From Candidatus Woesearchaeota archaeon (lineage in GTDB: Archaea > Nanobdellota > Nanobdellia > Pacearchaeales > GW2011-AR1): a DNA stretch of 40,734 nt. The position numbers and the translations under genes are program-made. Numbering within the stretch: the stretch's first letter is position 1; every line of letters starts with the position of its first letter. Below the pieces are notes generated by a model, which did not search any database, had not been told where the DNA came from, and worked only from the letters and a program-made list of their open reading frames with translations. Positions 1 through 8,576 of this stretch are shown one piece after another. The stretch is from the NCBI GenBank assembly GCA_964383885.1, contig CAYLHY010000001.1, forward strand, positions 1-40,734. Direction: 5' to 3'.

Positions 1-523
1 CTCTTATGACTTTTATTATGTTTAATTTAGCTTTTCTAACTGCCTTATCTCTTGCTGGAAGAGTTTCCATTGATTTTCCTATTCCTATTCCTACATGTCC
101 GTTTTCATCGCCAACAACAGCCATAGCAGAAAAAGTAGGAATATTTCCTTCGCCTGTTTTTCTTTGAGTCTGCCTCCAAGCTCTTCTTTTTCCTCCTCCA
201 AATTTTCCTTTAGCTTGCCCAATTGAAATTAAATCAGTTTTAACTTTGATTAAAAAATCAACTATCTCTGGCTCGAAAATTTTTCTGCCTTTATCAAGAA
301 TTTCATCTATATCTTTAATTTTGCCTTCTTTAACTTCTTTTCCTAGTTTTGTTTTTGGTTTCCATGAACTAAGTTTTTCTTTAAGAATTTCTTCTTCTTT
401 TGTCATTTCTTTTAATTTTTTTGTTTCCTGAACTTGAACTTCTTGAGATTTTTCTTCAGATTTTGTTTCAGGTTCTTTTAATTCTTCTGTTTTCTCTGCT
501 TTTTTGTTTTTTTCAGTTTCCAT
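1..523 (-). CDS. rps5: 30S ribosomal protein uS5, partial (C-terminus runs off the window edge)
   Basis: My translation from the ATG (complement of 521-523) is open down to base 2: METEKNKKAEKTEE...GKRRAWRQTQRKTGEGNIPTFSAMAVVGDENGHVGIGIGKSMETLPARDKAVRKAKLNIIKVIR. It carries the uS5 core pattern VVGD.NG.VG.G.GK. It lies directly after rpl18, as in archaeal spc operons. Absent from the ORF track because it is edge-truncated. Confidence 0.85.
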   Translation of the reverse strand, partial: METEKNKKAEKTEELKEPETKSEEKSQEVQVQETKKLKEMTKEEEILKEKLSSWKPKTKLGKEVKEGKIKDIDEILDKGRKIFEPEIVDFLIKVKTDLISIGQAKGKFGGGKRRAWRQTQRKTGEGNIPTFSAMAVVGDENGHVGIGIGKSMETLPARDKAVRKAKLNIIKVIR

Positions 524-533
524 TTTGTTGAAT

Positions 534-1028
534 TTATTTAAACTTAGAGTCTATGTTGGATTTAATTTCTTCGAAATTTATTTTATTTTTTAAGTGTTCT
601 CCTTTGATTCTGTAATCCTCTGGAAAAATTTCTTTTTTATATTTTAATTTAATTCCTGCATCAATTACTCCTTTAATAAATGCAAATATTTTTGACTTAT
701 GCAAAGCTCTTAACATTCCTATGTCAATTACAGGTGATTCCAACTTTTGTTTGTTAATCTCTTTACCGATTAAATAACCTGTTAAGTAAGATGCAGGAAC
801 TGACTTTAAACTTGATTTTTTTTCTTCAGGCCATTTGAATTTTAAAAGTTTTTTTGAATTAATTCCAATTACAACTTTATCTTTTGCTTCCTTGCTTACA
901 ACATATTGAGCAATTACATATCTATTTGTTTTTCTGAAAACCAATCTCGGCTTTTTGCTTTTCAGTAATTTTAGTCTTTTCAAATAATCAGTTTTAGCCT
1001 CTCTCCTTCTCCGTTTAGGTACTTTCAT
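534..1028 (-). CDS. rpl18: 50S ribosomal protein uL18
   Basis: The N-terminus KRRRREAKTDYLKRLKLLKSKKPRLVFRKTNRYVIAQ is the archaeal L18 signature. A GGAGGT lies just upstream. Operon position is between rpl19e and rps5. Confidence 0.9.
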   Translation of the reverse strand: MKVPKRRRREAKTDYLKRLKLLKSKKPRLVFRKTNRYVIAQYVVSKEAKDKVVIGINSKKLLKFKWPEEKKSSLKSVPASYLTGYLIGKEINKQKLESPVIDIGMLRALHKSKIFAFIKGVIDAGIKLKYKKEIFPEDYRIKGEHLKNKINFEEIKSNIDSKFK

Positions 1029-1029
1029 T

Positions 1030-1455
1030 TTATTTCTTACCTCCTAGTTCTTCTAGATGTTCTTTTATGTATTCTTTCAAATGTGATTTTCCTCTAAAAA
1101 CCTTGTTTCTTATTTTTTTTCTTAATTCTTTAATTTCTTCTGAAGATAATTTCCCTTGTTTTTTAAGTTCTGATAGATAATTTCTTAGTTTTCTAGTGAT
1201 TTTTACATACTCTTGTTTTCTTTTTTTAACTTTTTTTCTTATATTTCCAATGCTTTTTTTTCTGGTTTTTTTCTTGATTTTTCTTCTTCCTTTTATGTTT
1301 TTTACAACTATGGCTTTGTCTTTATACAAGTCTCTAATATCTTGCTTAGTAAGAGCTTCTTTAATATCATTTATTCTCGATTTCACAAATACTATTCTTT
1401 CTTTTCCGACTTTAAGTGTTCTTGCTGCTAATTCTTTTTTCTTTTTTAAATTCAT
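1030..1455 (-). CDS. rpl19e: 50S ribosomal protein eL19
   Basis: MNLKKKKELAARTLKVGKERIVF...IKEALTKQDIRDL matches the L19e N-terminal pattern. GGAGG lies upstream. Canonical position. Confidence 0.9.
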   Translation of the reverse strand: MNLKKKKELAARTLKVGKERIVFVKSRINDIKEALTKQDIRDLYKDKAIVVKNIKGRRKIKKKTRKKSIGNIRKKVKKRKQEYVKITRKLRNYLSELKKQGKLSSEEIKELRKKIRNKVFRGKSHLKEYIKEHLEELGGKK

Positions 1456-1835
1456 TTTTCCTCCTTGCTTCTACTTTCTTTCCTTAAAAATTTTTTAACA
1501 TTCAGATTATAAACCTCGAGATTTTTTTCTTTAGCTTTTTTTGCAATCTCAATTTTTTTCTTTTTTCCAACTTTTCCAATAATTACTATGTCATTTTTCT
1601 TAATTTTTTCAAGTTCTTTCACGTTCTTAACTAACACTGGATTTTTTCCATTTATTTTCCCTCTTGTATTTTTTTCTTTTCTATATCCAAGGCTTACTAC
1701 AGCCGGATACCCTCTTCTCTTTTCCCTCATTTTATTATCTCTTCCAGTAGGTCTTCTCCATACTTGTTTCTTTTTTCTTCTCAATCCTAATTTTGAATAT
1801 CTTTTCCAGGTTCTTCTTAAAAATTTTTTAATCAT
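1452..1835 (-). CDS. rpl32e: 50S ribosomal protein eL32
   Basis: WRRPTGRDNKMREKRRGYPAVVSLGYRKEK is the L32e core. The track start at 1862 is a TTG that overlaps rpl6. The ATG at 1835 (MIKKFLRR) sits 1 nt after the rpl6 stop, so I prefer it. Confidence 0.85.
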   Translation of the reverse strand: MIKKFLRRTWKRYSKLGLRRKKKQVWRRPTGRDNKMREKRRGYPAVVSLGYRKEKNTRGKINGKNPVLVKNVKELEKIKKNDIVIIGKVGKKKKIEIAKKAKEKNLEVYNLNVKKFLRKESRSKEEK

Positions 1836-1836
1836 T

Positions 1837-2391
1837 TTAGATTTCTTTACCTGCCTTTTCAATTATGTAAATGCCATCTTGAAATATTCTTCTATCTCTC
1901 ATTCTTATTTTAGTGCATCTTTCAAGAACTGCAGCTGCTTGCCCTGCAATTTCTTTATCAATAGATTTAATTGTAATTATGTCTTTATTAACTTCAACTT
2001 CTGCTTTTTCAGGAATTTCACATTCTCTTGGAGTTTTTTCTCCAAGGAAATTTTTAATAATCACTTTATTCCCTGCAACTTCAACATTAATTGGAAAATG
2101 ACTGAAAACCACTTTTAATTTGTATTCAAATTTTTTCTGCACTCCTTTAATCATATTGTTAATATGAGCAGTTAAAGTGTTAGTCATTTTTTTCTCTCTT
2201 TTTGTTGATTTTTTATTTCCAATAATTAATTTATTGTCTTTTTTTTCAAGGTCTAAATTAAAAACTTTGAAAATTCTTTTATTTTCTCCTTCTGGACCTT
2301 TTACTGTTATTATTAAATTATTGTCTTTTTTTTCAAAATTAATTTCAACACCTTCAGGAATTTCAATCCCTCTAAAAAATTCTTTTTTCAT
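1837..2391 (-). CDS. rpl6: 50S ribosomal protein uL6
   Basis: GIEIPEGVEINFEKKDNNLIITVKGPEGENKRIF is the L6 N-terminal pattern. The ATG at 2391 (MKKEFFRG) is 1 nt after the rps8 stop. The track start at 2409 is a TTG. Confidence 0.9.
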   Translation of the reverse strand: MKKEFFRGIEIPEGVEINFEKKDNNLIITVKGPEGENKRIFKVFNLDLEKKDNKLIIGNKKSTKREKKMTNTLTAHINNMIKGVQKKFEYKLKVVFSHFPINVEVAGNKVIIKNFLGEKTPRECEIPEKAEVEVNKDIITIKSIDKEIAGQAAAVLERCTKIRMRDRRIFQDGIYIIEKAGKEI

Positions 2392-2392
2392 T

Positions 2393-2767
2393 TTAATAAA
2401 AATATGCAATCAAGCACCCTCCTATTTTTTCTTCAAAAGCTTCTTTATGTGTCATTAATCCTTTGTTTGTAGAAACAATCAAAATTCCTATGTCTCTTGC
2501 TGGAAGATATCTTCTTCTGTATTTTTCAATTTGCTCTTTTTTAACAGTAAATCTAGGTTTAATTGCTTTACATTCAGATAAATCACCTATTGTTACTTCC
2601 ACACTTCTTCCCTGTATTTTGTATTTTTTTACTGCTCCTTCTTGTTTCATTATTTTAAGAATCTCAATTAAAAGATTAGAGATTCTGTTTATTTTCACAG
2701 TTTCTTTTCCAGCTCTGACTGCGTTTTTTATCATATTCAATCCGTCTGCAACTACATCTTGTGACAT
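2393..2767 (-). CDS. rps8: 30S ribosomal protein uS8
   Basis: DVVADGLNMIKNAVRAGKETVKI...LLIEILKIMKQEGAVKKY follows the S8 pattern. GGAGGG lies upstream. Operon position fits. Confidence 0.9.
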   Translation of the reverse strand: MSQDVVADGLNMIKNAVRAGKETVKINRISNLLIEILKIMKQEGAVKKYKIQGRSVEVTIGDLSECKAIKPRFTVKKEQIEKYRRRYLPARDIGILIVSTNKGLMTHKEAFEEKIGGCLIAYFY

Positions 2768-2776
2768 TTTTCCCTC

Positions 2777-3007
2777 CTAACTGTATTTTTTAAATCCAAT
2801 TTCTTCAGCAATTTCTCTAAAACACTGTCTGCATAAATTTAATCCATAACTGCTTATATGCGCTCCAAATCTTCCACATCTTTCGCATTTTTTCGCAGCA
2901 ATACCTGTTTTTCTTTCTTTTGGTTTGTTGTGTTTTAGAAACTTCTTTTTAATTTCAGGTTTATTTTTAATCTGCTTTAATATTTTTTTCCAATCACTCG
3001 CTGTCAT
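2777..3007 (-). CDS. rps14: 30S ribosomal protein uS14 (zinc-ribbon type)
   Basis: CERCGR...[22 protein letters not shown] is the C-terminal Zn-type S14 signature. About 20 extra basic N-terminal residues compared with the typical archaeal form. Confidence 0.9.
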   Translation of the reverse strand: MTASDWKKILKQIKNKPEIKKKFLKHNKPKERKTGIAAKKCERCGRFGAHISSYGLNLCRQCFREIAEEIGFKKYS

Positions 3008-3008
3008 T

Positions 3009-3527
3009 TTATCTGAATTGAGTATTAAAGTTATCCTCCATAAATTTAATTATCTCTTCTTTAGTAACCATTTGCCTTTTAGGAATTTTTCCTCTTTTTT
3101 GTTTTTTTATTTTCACTCTTTTGCCTGCTCTTTTAAACACAACTGTTACATCCAATCCCATAACTCCTATTTCCCTCTGATATTCTATTCCTGGAATATC
3201 AAGATACTCTTTAATTCCAAAAGAAAAATGATTTGTTTTTATCTGCTTTTTCTTAAGAGTATTGTCAATTGCAGCAAGCATTTTTTTTAAAATTTCTTCA
3301 GGATTTTTTCTTATTGTAACCATAGCACCAATTTCCAATCCCGGCCTTATGCTAAAAGAAGGAATTCTTTTTTTTGCTTTTGTTTTTACAGGCTTTTTAT
3401 TGCTGAGAAAAGCCAATAGTTTTACACCTCTCTCTAAGTCTTCTCCAGTTCCACTTACACTTAATATCATCTTTTCAATTTTTATCTTTCTCATTGGGTT
3501 TTCTTTATTTATATTCTCTTTGTCCAT
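3009..3527 (-). CDS. rpl5: 50S ribosomal protein uL5
   Basis: [29 protein letters not shown]...[30 protein letters not shown] follows the L5 pattern. Operon position fits. Confidence 0.9.
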   Translation of the reverse strand: MDKENINKENPMRKIKIEKMILSVSGTGEDLERGVKLLAFLSNKKPVKTKAKKRIPSFSIRPGLEIGAMVTIRKNPEEILKKMLAAIDNTLKKKQIKTNHFSFGIKEYLDIPGIEYQREIGVMGLDVTVVFKRAGKRVKIKKQKRGKIPKRQMVTKEEIIKFMEDNFNTQFR

Positions 3528-3537
3528 TTTTTTCTAT

Positions 3538-4185
3538 TCATTCCACCACCATTATTTGTTTAATTAAGACATTGATTTTTTTATCATCAGTTTCTATTTC
3601 AGCCATTTTAAGTTCATTGTTTATTCCTTTTATTACTCCTTTTTTTCCAGAGTGTTTTCCGCTTATAATAATGGCTTTTGAGTTTTCTTTTAATGGAAGG
3701 CACTTCAAAATCTTTTTTTTCTTGAAATCCACTATTACAGAATCATTAACCTTGCATTTTAAATCTGACAAATAATTTCTGCCATCACTTAAATTTAACT
3801 GAACTTTTTTTCCTTTGAGTATTTTTTTATTAATGATTTTAGCTATTTTTTCATTTAATTTTTCTTTTACTTCTTCAACATCAAATTTTCCATGAGTGTT
3901 TAAGATTAATTGATAACAAGTATTTGAAGGAACAATAGTTATTTTATCGAATAATTGTATTCCTGCTCTTTCATCTTTTGCAGGATTTCCATTTACAAGA
4001 ATGTTCTTGTTGTGAATTGCTATTTTAACTTCTTTTCTATTTTGAGCTATTTTCAAAATATCTCTCAATAAAATCAATAATGGAATCCCTTGTTTAACAG
4101 CAAACCTAGGCCTGACTATGTATTTTGTTCCTTTTCTTGGAATAGGCCAATTTTTTGGTATTTTTTGTCTTTTTAAGTGGCTCAT
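3538..4185 (-). CDS. rps4e: 30S ribosomal protein eS4
   Basis: [25 protein letters not shown] is the S4e N-terminus. GGAGG lies upstream. Confidence 0.9.
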   Translation of the reverse strand: MSHLKRQKIPKNWPIPRKGTKYIVRPRFAVKQGIPLLILLRDILKIAQNRKEVKIAIHNKNILVNGNPAKDERAGIQLFDKITIVPSNTCYQLILNTHGKFDVEEVKEKLNEKIAKIINKKILKGKKVQLNLSDGRNYLSDLKCKVNDSVIVDFKKKKILKCLPLKENSKAIIISGKHSGKKGVIKGINNELKMAEIETDDKKINVLIKQIMVVE

Positions 4186-4631
4186 TTTTCCTCCTTAGTT
4201 TTTTTAATTTCCTTTTCAGTCTCTTTACTTTTTTTAACTTCTTTTTCTTGCTTCTCTGGTTTAATTTGTTTTATTCTTTTTTTATCTTCTAAATTCAACT
4301 CAATTATTTGAAGATTTGACGCTCTTAATGGAACATTAACTTTAGAACCATCTTGTTTTTTAGTTTGTATTCCTTCCACGAAAATCTTTCCATATTTAAC
4401 TTTAACATCAATAACTTTTCCTGTTTTCTTTTTGAATTTTCCCCTCATTATTTTAACTACATCTCCTTTTCTTACTGGAATATTTCTTTTTGAATATTTT
4501 TTTCTTAATTCTTTAGACAGATTCACACTTATGAATTTTCTCTTTAAATGCAACGGAGCATTCGCTAAAAATTTTCTTTGTTTTCTTGGTTGTTTACTTG
4601 ATTTCCATGATGTTGAAAATTCTTTTTTCAT
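4182..4631 (-). CDS. rpl24: 50S ribosomal protein uL24
   Basis: [62 protein letters not shown] is the L24 core. The ATG at 4631 (MKKEFSTSW) is 1 nt after the rpl14 stop. The longer track ORF running to 4736 overlaps rpl14 and is rejected. Confidence 0.88.
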   Translation of the reverse strand: MKKEFSTSWKSSKQPRKQRKFLANAPLHLKRKFISVNLSKELRKKYSKRNIPVRKGDVVKIMRGKFKKKTGKVIDVKVKYGKIFVEGIQTKKQDGSKVNVPLRASNLQIIELNLEDKKRIKQIKPEKQEKEVKKSKETEKEIKKTKEEK

Positions 4632-4632
4632 T

Positions 4633-5034
4633 TTAATATACAATTGAAGCAATTTTAGCAACTTGAGGCCATCTTTCTGAAACCTCTCTTGCAATTGGTC
4701 CTTTAATTTGTGTTCCTTTTGGATTGCCTTTATCATCTTTTAATATAACAACTGCATTGTCTTCAAAAGCTATTCTTTCTCCTGTTAATCTTCTGTAAGG
4801 TTTTTTCTGTCTTATAACAACAGCATCAAAAACTTTCCCTTTCATATCTGGGACTCCTTTTTTAACGCTTACTTTAACCCAATCTGCTATTTTAGCAGAG
4901 ATTTGTTTTCCTTTTTTTGCCTTTGATTTTTTAACTCCGATTATTTTTACTATTTTAGCCCCGCTATTGTCAGATGCTATTACCATTGAACCCAAATTCA
5001 ATCCTTCTGTTGCTTTTGCGCTTATTGCTTTCAT
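4633..5034 (-). CDS. rpl14: 50S ribosomal protein uL14
   Basis: DNSGAK...[44 protein letters not shown]...[21 protein letters not shown] is the L14 signature. Confidence 0.92.
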   Translation of the reverse strand: MKAISAKATEGLNLGSMVIASDNSGAKIVKIIGVKKSKAKKGKQISAKIADWVKVSVKKGVPDMKGKVFDAVVIRQKKPYRRLTGERIAFEDNAVVILKDDKGNPKGTQIKGPIAREVSERWPQVAKIASIVY

Positions 5035-5037
5035 TTT

Positions 5038-5379
5038 CTATTTTTCACCTGCATCTTTAATTTTTTTAGTTACAATGAAATGGATGATTTTACTTAAAGG
5101 TCTACATTCTCTAACTTGAATTAAATCTCCTATGTTGATTTCTTTTTCAAATTCTTCAGGAAGCCTGGCATGAATTCGTGTTTTAAATCTAGCGTATCTT
5201 TCATATTTTCTCATATAAACCATTCTTTCAAACTCAATTGTTACTCTTTTATGGAATTTTCTTATTACTCTTCCTTCAAAAGTCCTTCCTCTAGGATTGA
5301 TTTTTTTTAACTTGCTTCCAGCTTCAGCTATTTTGGATTTTTCCATCTTTCTTTCTGTTTCTTTTTTTTCTTTTGCCAT
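5038..5379 (-). CDS. rps17: 30S ribosomal protein uS17
   Basis: GRTFEGRVIRKFHKRVTIEFERMVYMRKYERYARFKTRIHARLP...GDLIQVRECRPLSKIIHFIV is the S17 core. I prefer the ATG at 5379 (MAKEKKE), which does not overlap SUI1. An ATG at 5433 remains possible. Confidence 0.85.
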   Translation of the reverse strand: MAKEKKETERKMEKSKIAEAGSKLKKINPRGRTFEGRVIRKFHKRVTIEFERMVYMRKYERYARFKTRIHARLPEEFEKEINIGDLIQVRECRPLSKIIHFIVTKKIKDAGEK

Positions 5380-5410
5380 TTTTTCTAGGGTTTTTACAGG
5401 TTTATGGGAA

Positions 5411-5710
5411 TTATTCTTCAATAGAGTTTTCATCAAATCCCATTTTTACAAGGATTTGCTTGATTTTTTTTGTGTGGTCTCCTTGCAACTCTATTGTGTT
5501 GTCTTTATATGTTCCTCCACATGCAAGCTCATTTTTAAGAGCTTTTGCAATTTTTTTGATATTGATTCCTTTGTCAAATCCACTGACAAGAGTAACAATC
5601 TTTCCGTATCTTTTTTTATCTGTTGTTACCCTTATTCTTTGCGAACTCTTCGCAAGATCTTCCCATTCTATTGCCTGCATAGGCAACCCTGTTTTTGGAT
5701 CTATTTCCAT
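5411..5710 (-). CDS. sui1: Translation initiation factor aIF1 / SUI1
   Basis: IRVTTDKKRYGKIVTLVSGFDKGINIKKIAKALKNELACGGTYKDNTIELQGDHTKKIKQILVKMGF is the SUI1 fold signature. It lies between rpl29 and rps17, as in other archaea. Confidence 0.88.
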   Translation of the reverse strand: MEIDPKTGLPMQAIEWEDLAKSSQRIRVTTDKKRYGKIVTLVSGFDKGINIKKIAKALKNELACGGTYKDNTIELQGDHTKKIKQILVKMGFDENSIEE

Positions 5711-5712
5711 AG

Positions 5713-5916
5713 TTATTTTTTCTTCAACTCCTCTGATTTATTTTCAGATTTGTTGATTGTAAGTATTCTTGATATAATCTTTTTTATTTCCCTTGTTCTT
5801 GCTCCTTTTTTTGACATTGTTTGAGATTTTATTAGTTCTATTTTTAACTCTTTTAGCTTTTTGTTTCTTTCTTCTTTACTCATGTTTTTTATGTCTTTTG
5901 CCCTTAAAGTTGCCAT
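5713..5916 (-). CDS. rpl29: 50S ribosomal protein uL29
   Basis: LRAKDIKNMSKEERNKKLKELKIELIK...REIKKIISRILT follows the L29 pattern. Operon position fits. Confidence 0.88.
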   Translation of the reverse strand: MATLRAKDIKNMSKEERNKKLKELKIELIKSQTMSKKGARTREIKKIISRILTINKSENKSEELKKK

Positions 5917-5918
5917 TT

Positions 5919-6605
5919 TTATTTGGTTTTTGTTTTAGTTTTTTTAGATTTTTTAGTTTCAGTTTTTTGTATTTCTAGTTCTGCTTCATTTTTCTTAATC
6001 TTGCTGATCATTTCTTCATTTACCTCTATTTTGTCTAGTAGTTTTGCATCAGGAGCTAATATGCTTACTCTTATTCCAATTGTTCCAGGCTTAGTTTCTG
6101 CTCTTGATTGCGCCCTGTCAACAACTTTTGCAGCATCTCCTGTTTTTTTTAAATATCCTTGAGCAAATCTCCATTGTTTAGCTCTTGCACCTGGAAGCTT
6201 CCCATGAAGTCTTATTTCTGCTCCAAGTGCTCCAGCATCCATTATTCTTTGAAGAGTTCTGTAAGCAATAACCTTAAATCTAATTGGCCCGAATCTTTCT
6301 AATCCTAATGCAATCTCATCAGCCATTAATTGAGCATTAAACTCTGGTTTAGTAATTTCATCAATTTCAATATGAGGGTTTTCTAATTTGAATCTTGTTT
6401 TTAAGACATTAGTTAATTCACTTATTTTCTCTCCTTTTCTTCCAATTACTAATCCTGGTTTGTGAGTAGAAACAATTATTTTTTCTCCAACAGGCGTATA
6501 AACTATTTTAACTTCACTTACTTTTCCTTTTCCTAATTCTCCTTTGATATACTCTCTAACAGCAAATTCATCTTTCTTGAATTTTACAGATTTTCTCTCT
6601 TCCAT
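5919..6605 (-). CDS. rps3: 30S ribosomal protein uS3
   Basis: KH-domain region KPGLVIGRKGEKISELT plus DEIALGLERFGPIRFKVIAYRTLQRIMDAGALGAEI. Lys-rich C-terminal tail. Confidence 0.9.
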   Translation of the reverse strand: MEERKSVKFKKDEFAVREYIKGELGKGKVSEVKIVYTPVGEKIIVSTHKPGLVIGRKGEKISELTNVLKTRFKLENPHIEIDEITKPEFNAQLMADEIALGLERFGPIRFKVIAYRTLQRIMDAGALGAEIRLHGKLPGARAKQWRFAQGYLKKTGDAAKVVDRAQSRAETKPGTIGIRVSILAPDAKLLDKIEVNEEMISKIKKNEAELEIQKTETKKSKKTKTKTK

Positions 6606-6606
6606 T

Positions 6607-7230
6607 TTATTTACTTGTTTTTTGTTTTTTAATTTTTGAAGATTCAGGTTTAGCTATAATCTTAATATGGGTTCTTTTTCTTCTTACTCTTCCAAATCTT
6701 CCATAAGGCCTTGAACCGATATTTGCAATTGCTTCTGAAATTATTGGGTTGTCTATTTCATTCACATTAGCATTTCCAGATAATCCTTTTAAAACAACAA
6801 TAATTTCTTTTGCAGCTTTTTTTGGAAATCCTCCTGACATAATTCTGCCTTTTCTATGCGGAATCTCTCCTTTCATTGGAATTGCTTTTTTTCCTTTAAC
6901 TACTTCTTCTAATTCTTTGATTGCTTGGTTTATTGTTTTTCCTTTTATGAATCTGCATATATCTGCTGCTTTTTTTGTTGATATAGGAAGATTATATGAA
7001 TTTACTGCTGCCTCTTGTTTTGCCTCTTGTTTTGGAGCCTTTTCTGTTGTTTTTGAAGTTTCTTTTGTTTCTTTTTTAATTTCTTTTTCAACTGAATCTT
7101 TTTTTATTTCTGTTTTTTGTTTAGTTTGTTTAATTTCTTTTGTTTCTTTTTTTGCTTTTTTTTCAGCAACAGCTGCATTTGCCATTGCTTTTTTTTCTTT
7201 TTGTTTTGGGTTGTAATTTTTTTCTGTCAT
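6607..7230 (-). CDS. rpl22: 50S ribosomal protein uL22 with a ~75-aa K/E-rich N-terminal extension
   Basis: The C-terminal two thirds match L22: LPISTKKAADICRFIKGKTINQAIKELEEV...IPHRKG...GGFPKKAAKEIIVVLKGLSGNA...RKRTHIKII. The N-terminus is low-complexity K/E/T. Confidence 0.88.
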   Translation of the reverse strand: MTEKNYNPKQKEKKAMANAAVAEKKAKKETKEIKQTKQKTEIKKDSVEKEIKKETKETSKTTEKAPKQEAKQEAAVNSYNLPISTKKAADICRFIKGKTINQAIKELEEVVKGKKAIPMKGEIPHRKGRIMSGGFPKKAAKEIIVVLKGLSGNANVNEIDNPIISEAIANIGSRPYGRFGRVRRKRTHIKIIAKPESSKIKKQKTSK

Positions 7231-7238
7231 TTTAATGT

Positions 7239-7634
7239 TTAGTGTTTAGATTTAGATCTAGTTCCTTTTGTAGCTCCAACTCCTGCACTTCCGTGTTTAA
7301 CTCTCGCTCTTGTCAAAGCAAACTCTCCTAAAACATGCCCTAACATTTCTCCTTTAATATCCACAGGAGTAAAGCCATTCCCTTTATGGACAAAAATTCT
7401 CATTCCAACCATTTGAGGAACAATAACTAAATCTCTTTGATGAGTTCTTATTGGCTTGCCTTTAGATAATTTAATCTTGGCACGGTTTATGAAATCTTCA
7501 ATTTTCTGAAATTGCCTTAACACAGTTCTTCTTTGCCTTGATCTTAATAATTTTGCAAATTCTCTTACGTCTAAGGCTTTTAATTCTTCTAATGTCTTTC
7601 CTCTGAATGTAAATTCTTTTTTCTTTATTTCCAT
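7239..7634 (-). CDS. rps19: 30S ribosomal protein uS19
   Basis: KKEFTFRGKTLEELKALDVREFAKLLRSRQRRTVLR...GMRIFVHKGNGFTPVDIKGEMLGHVLGEFALTR is the S19 signature. Confidence 0.92.
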   Translation of the reverse strand: MEIKKKEFTFRGKTLEELKALDVREFAKLLRSRQRRTVLRQFQKIEDFINRAKIKLSKGKPIRTHQRDLVIVPQMVGMRIFVHKGNGFTPVDIKGEMLGHVLGEFALTRARVKHGSAGVGATKGTRSKSKH

Positions 7635-7635
7635 T

Positions 7636-8337
7636 TTATTTTCTCTTTCCTGTTTTCTTTGGCCTTAATAAACCTACTTTCTTTCCAGGAGGCGCATCCC
7701 TCTTTGCTATTTTGCTTTTTATTCTCTTTCCTCTTCCGCTTCCAAAAGGATGATCTACAACATTCATCTTAACAGCAGAAGTTTTTGGCCATAATTTACT
7801 TTTTGATTTTTTAATATAATACTTTTTTCCTGCTTTTACTACTGGCTTATCTAATCTTCCTCCTCCTGCTATTTCTCCTATTACTGCTCTGCATTCTTTA
7901 TTGAATTTTTTTTCTTTTTTTGAAGGCATTAAAATGAATATATCCTCTCCAATTATTTTATTTATATAAGCGCTGTTTCCTCCGCTTCTAATAAATTTCC
8001 CCCCATCTCCTGGTTTGGATTCAATATTATACACAGGAGTTTTAACAGGAATATCTTTTAATTTTAGTATATTTCCTTCTTTAACTTCTTTATCAAGGAA
8101 TTTAATCTTTTGTCCTTCGTACATTCCTTTGAATGCAGGAATATAAAAATGTCCTTTGCTGTATTTTATTTTTGCAATAGGACATGAGTGAGCAGAGGAA
8201 TTAATGAGTTTTATTACTTCTCCTTCGCCTTTTTCTAAATCTTTTGGAAAAGACAATCTATATTTGAATGCTTTTCTTTTGACTCTATAAGTTGAACTTC
8301 CTCTTCCTCTTCTCTGGCTTATTATTCTTTTTCCCAT
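7636..8337 (-). CDS. rpl2: 50S ribosomal protein uL2
   Basis: GKRIISQRRGRGSSTYR...MNVVDHPFGSGRGKRIKSKIAKRDAPPGKKVG is the L2 signature. Confidence 0.92.
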   Translation of the reverse strand: MGKRIISQRRGRGSSTYRVKRKAFKYRLSFPKDLEKGEGEVIKLINSSAHSCPIAKIKYSKGHFYIPAFKGMYEGQKIKFLDKEVKEGNILKLKDIPVKTPVYNIESKPGDGGKFIRSGGNSAYINKIIGEDIFILMPSKKEKKFNKECRAVIGEIAGGGRLDKPVVKAGKKYYIKKSKSKLWPKTSAVKMNVVDHPFGSGRGKRIKSKIAKRDAPPGKKVGLLRPKKTGKRK

Positions 8338-8576
8338 TATATTATTCCTAATTTCGATGCTACGTCAATAGCAGGAAATTCTTTTTTTAATTTAGCATAA
8401 ACATGTTTTTTGTTATTCCTTATATGAACTCTAATCTTATCTATTTTCACTTCTAAAATTTCTTCAAGTTCTTTTTTTATTTCTGGTTTTTTCTTTTCTT
8501 TGTCAGTTACAAATGTTAAAACATTCTGAGATTCAATCATCATAACTGCTTTTTCTGTTGTTAGGGGTTTTATCAT
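8337..8576 (-). CDS. rpl23: 50S ribosomal protein uL23
   Basis: IKPLTTEKAVMMIESQNVLTFVTDKEKKKPEIKKELEEILEVKIDKI follows the L23 pattern. It sits between rpl4 and rpl2. Confidence 0.88.
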   Translation of the reverse strand: MIKPLTTEKAVMMIESQNVLTFVTDKEKKKPEIKKELEEILEVKIDKIRVHIRNNKKHVYAKLKKEFPAIDVASKLGII

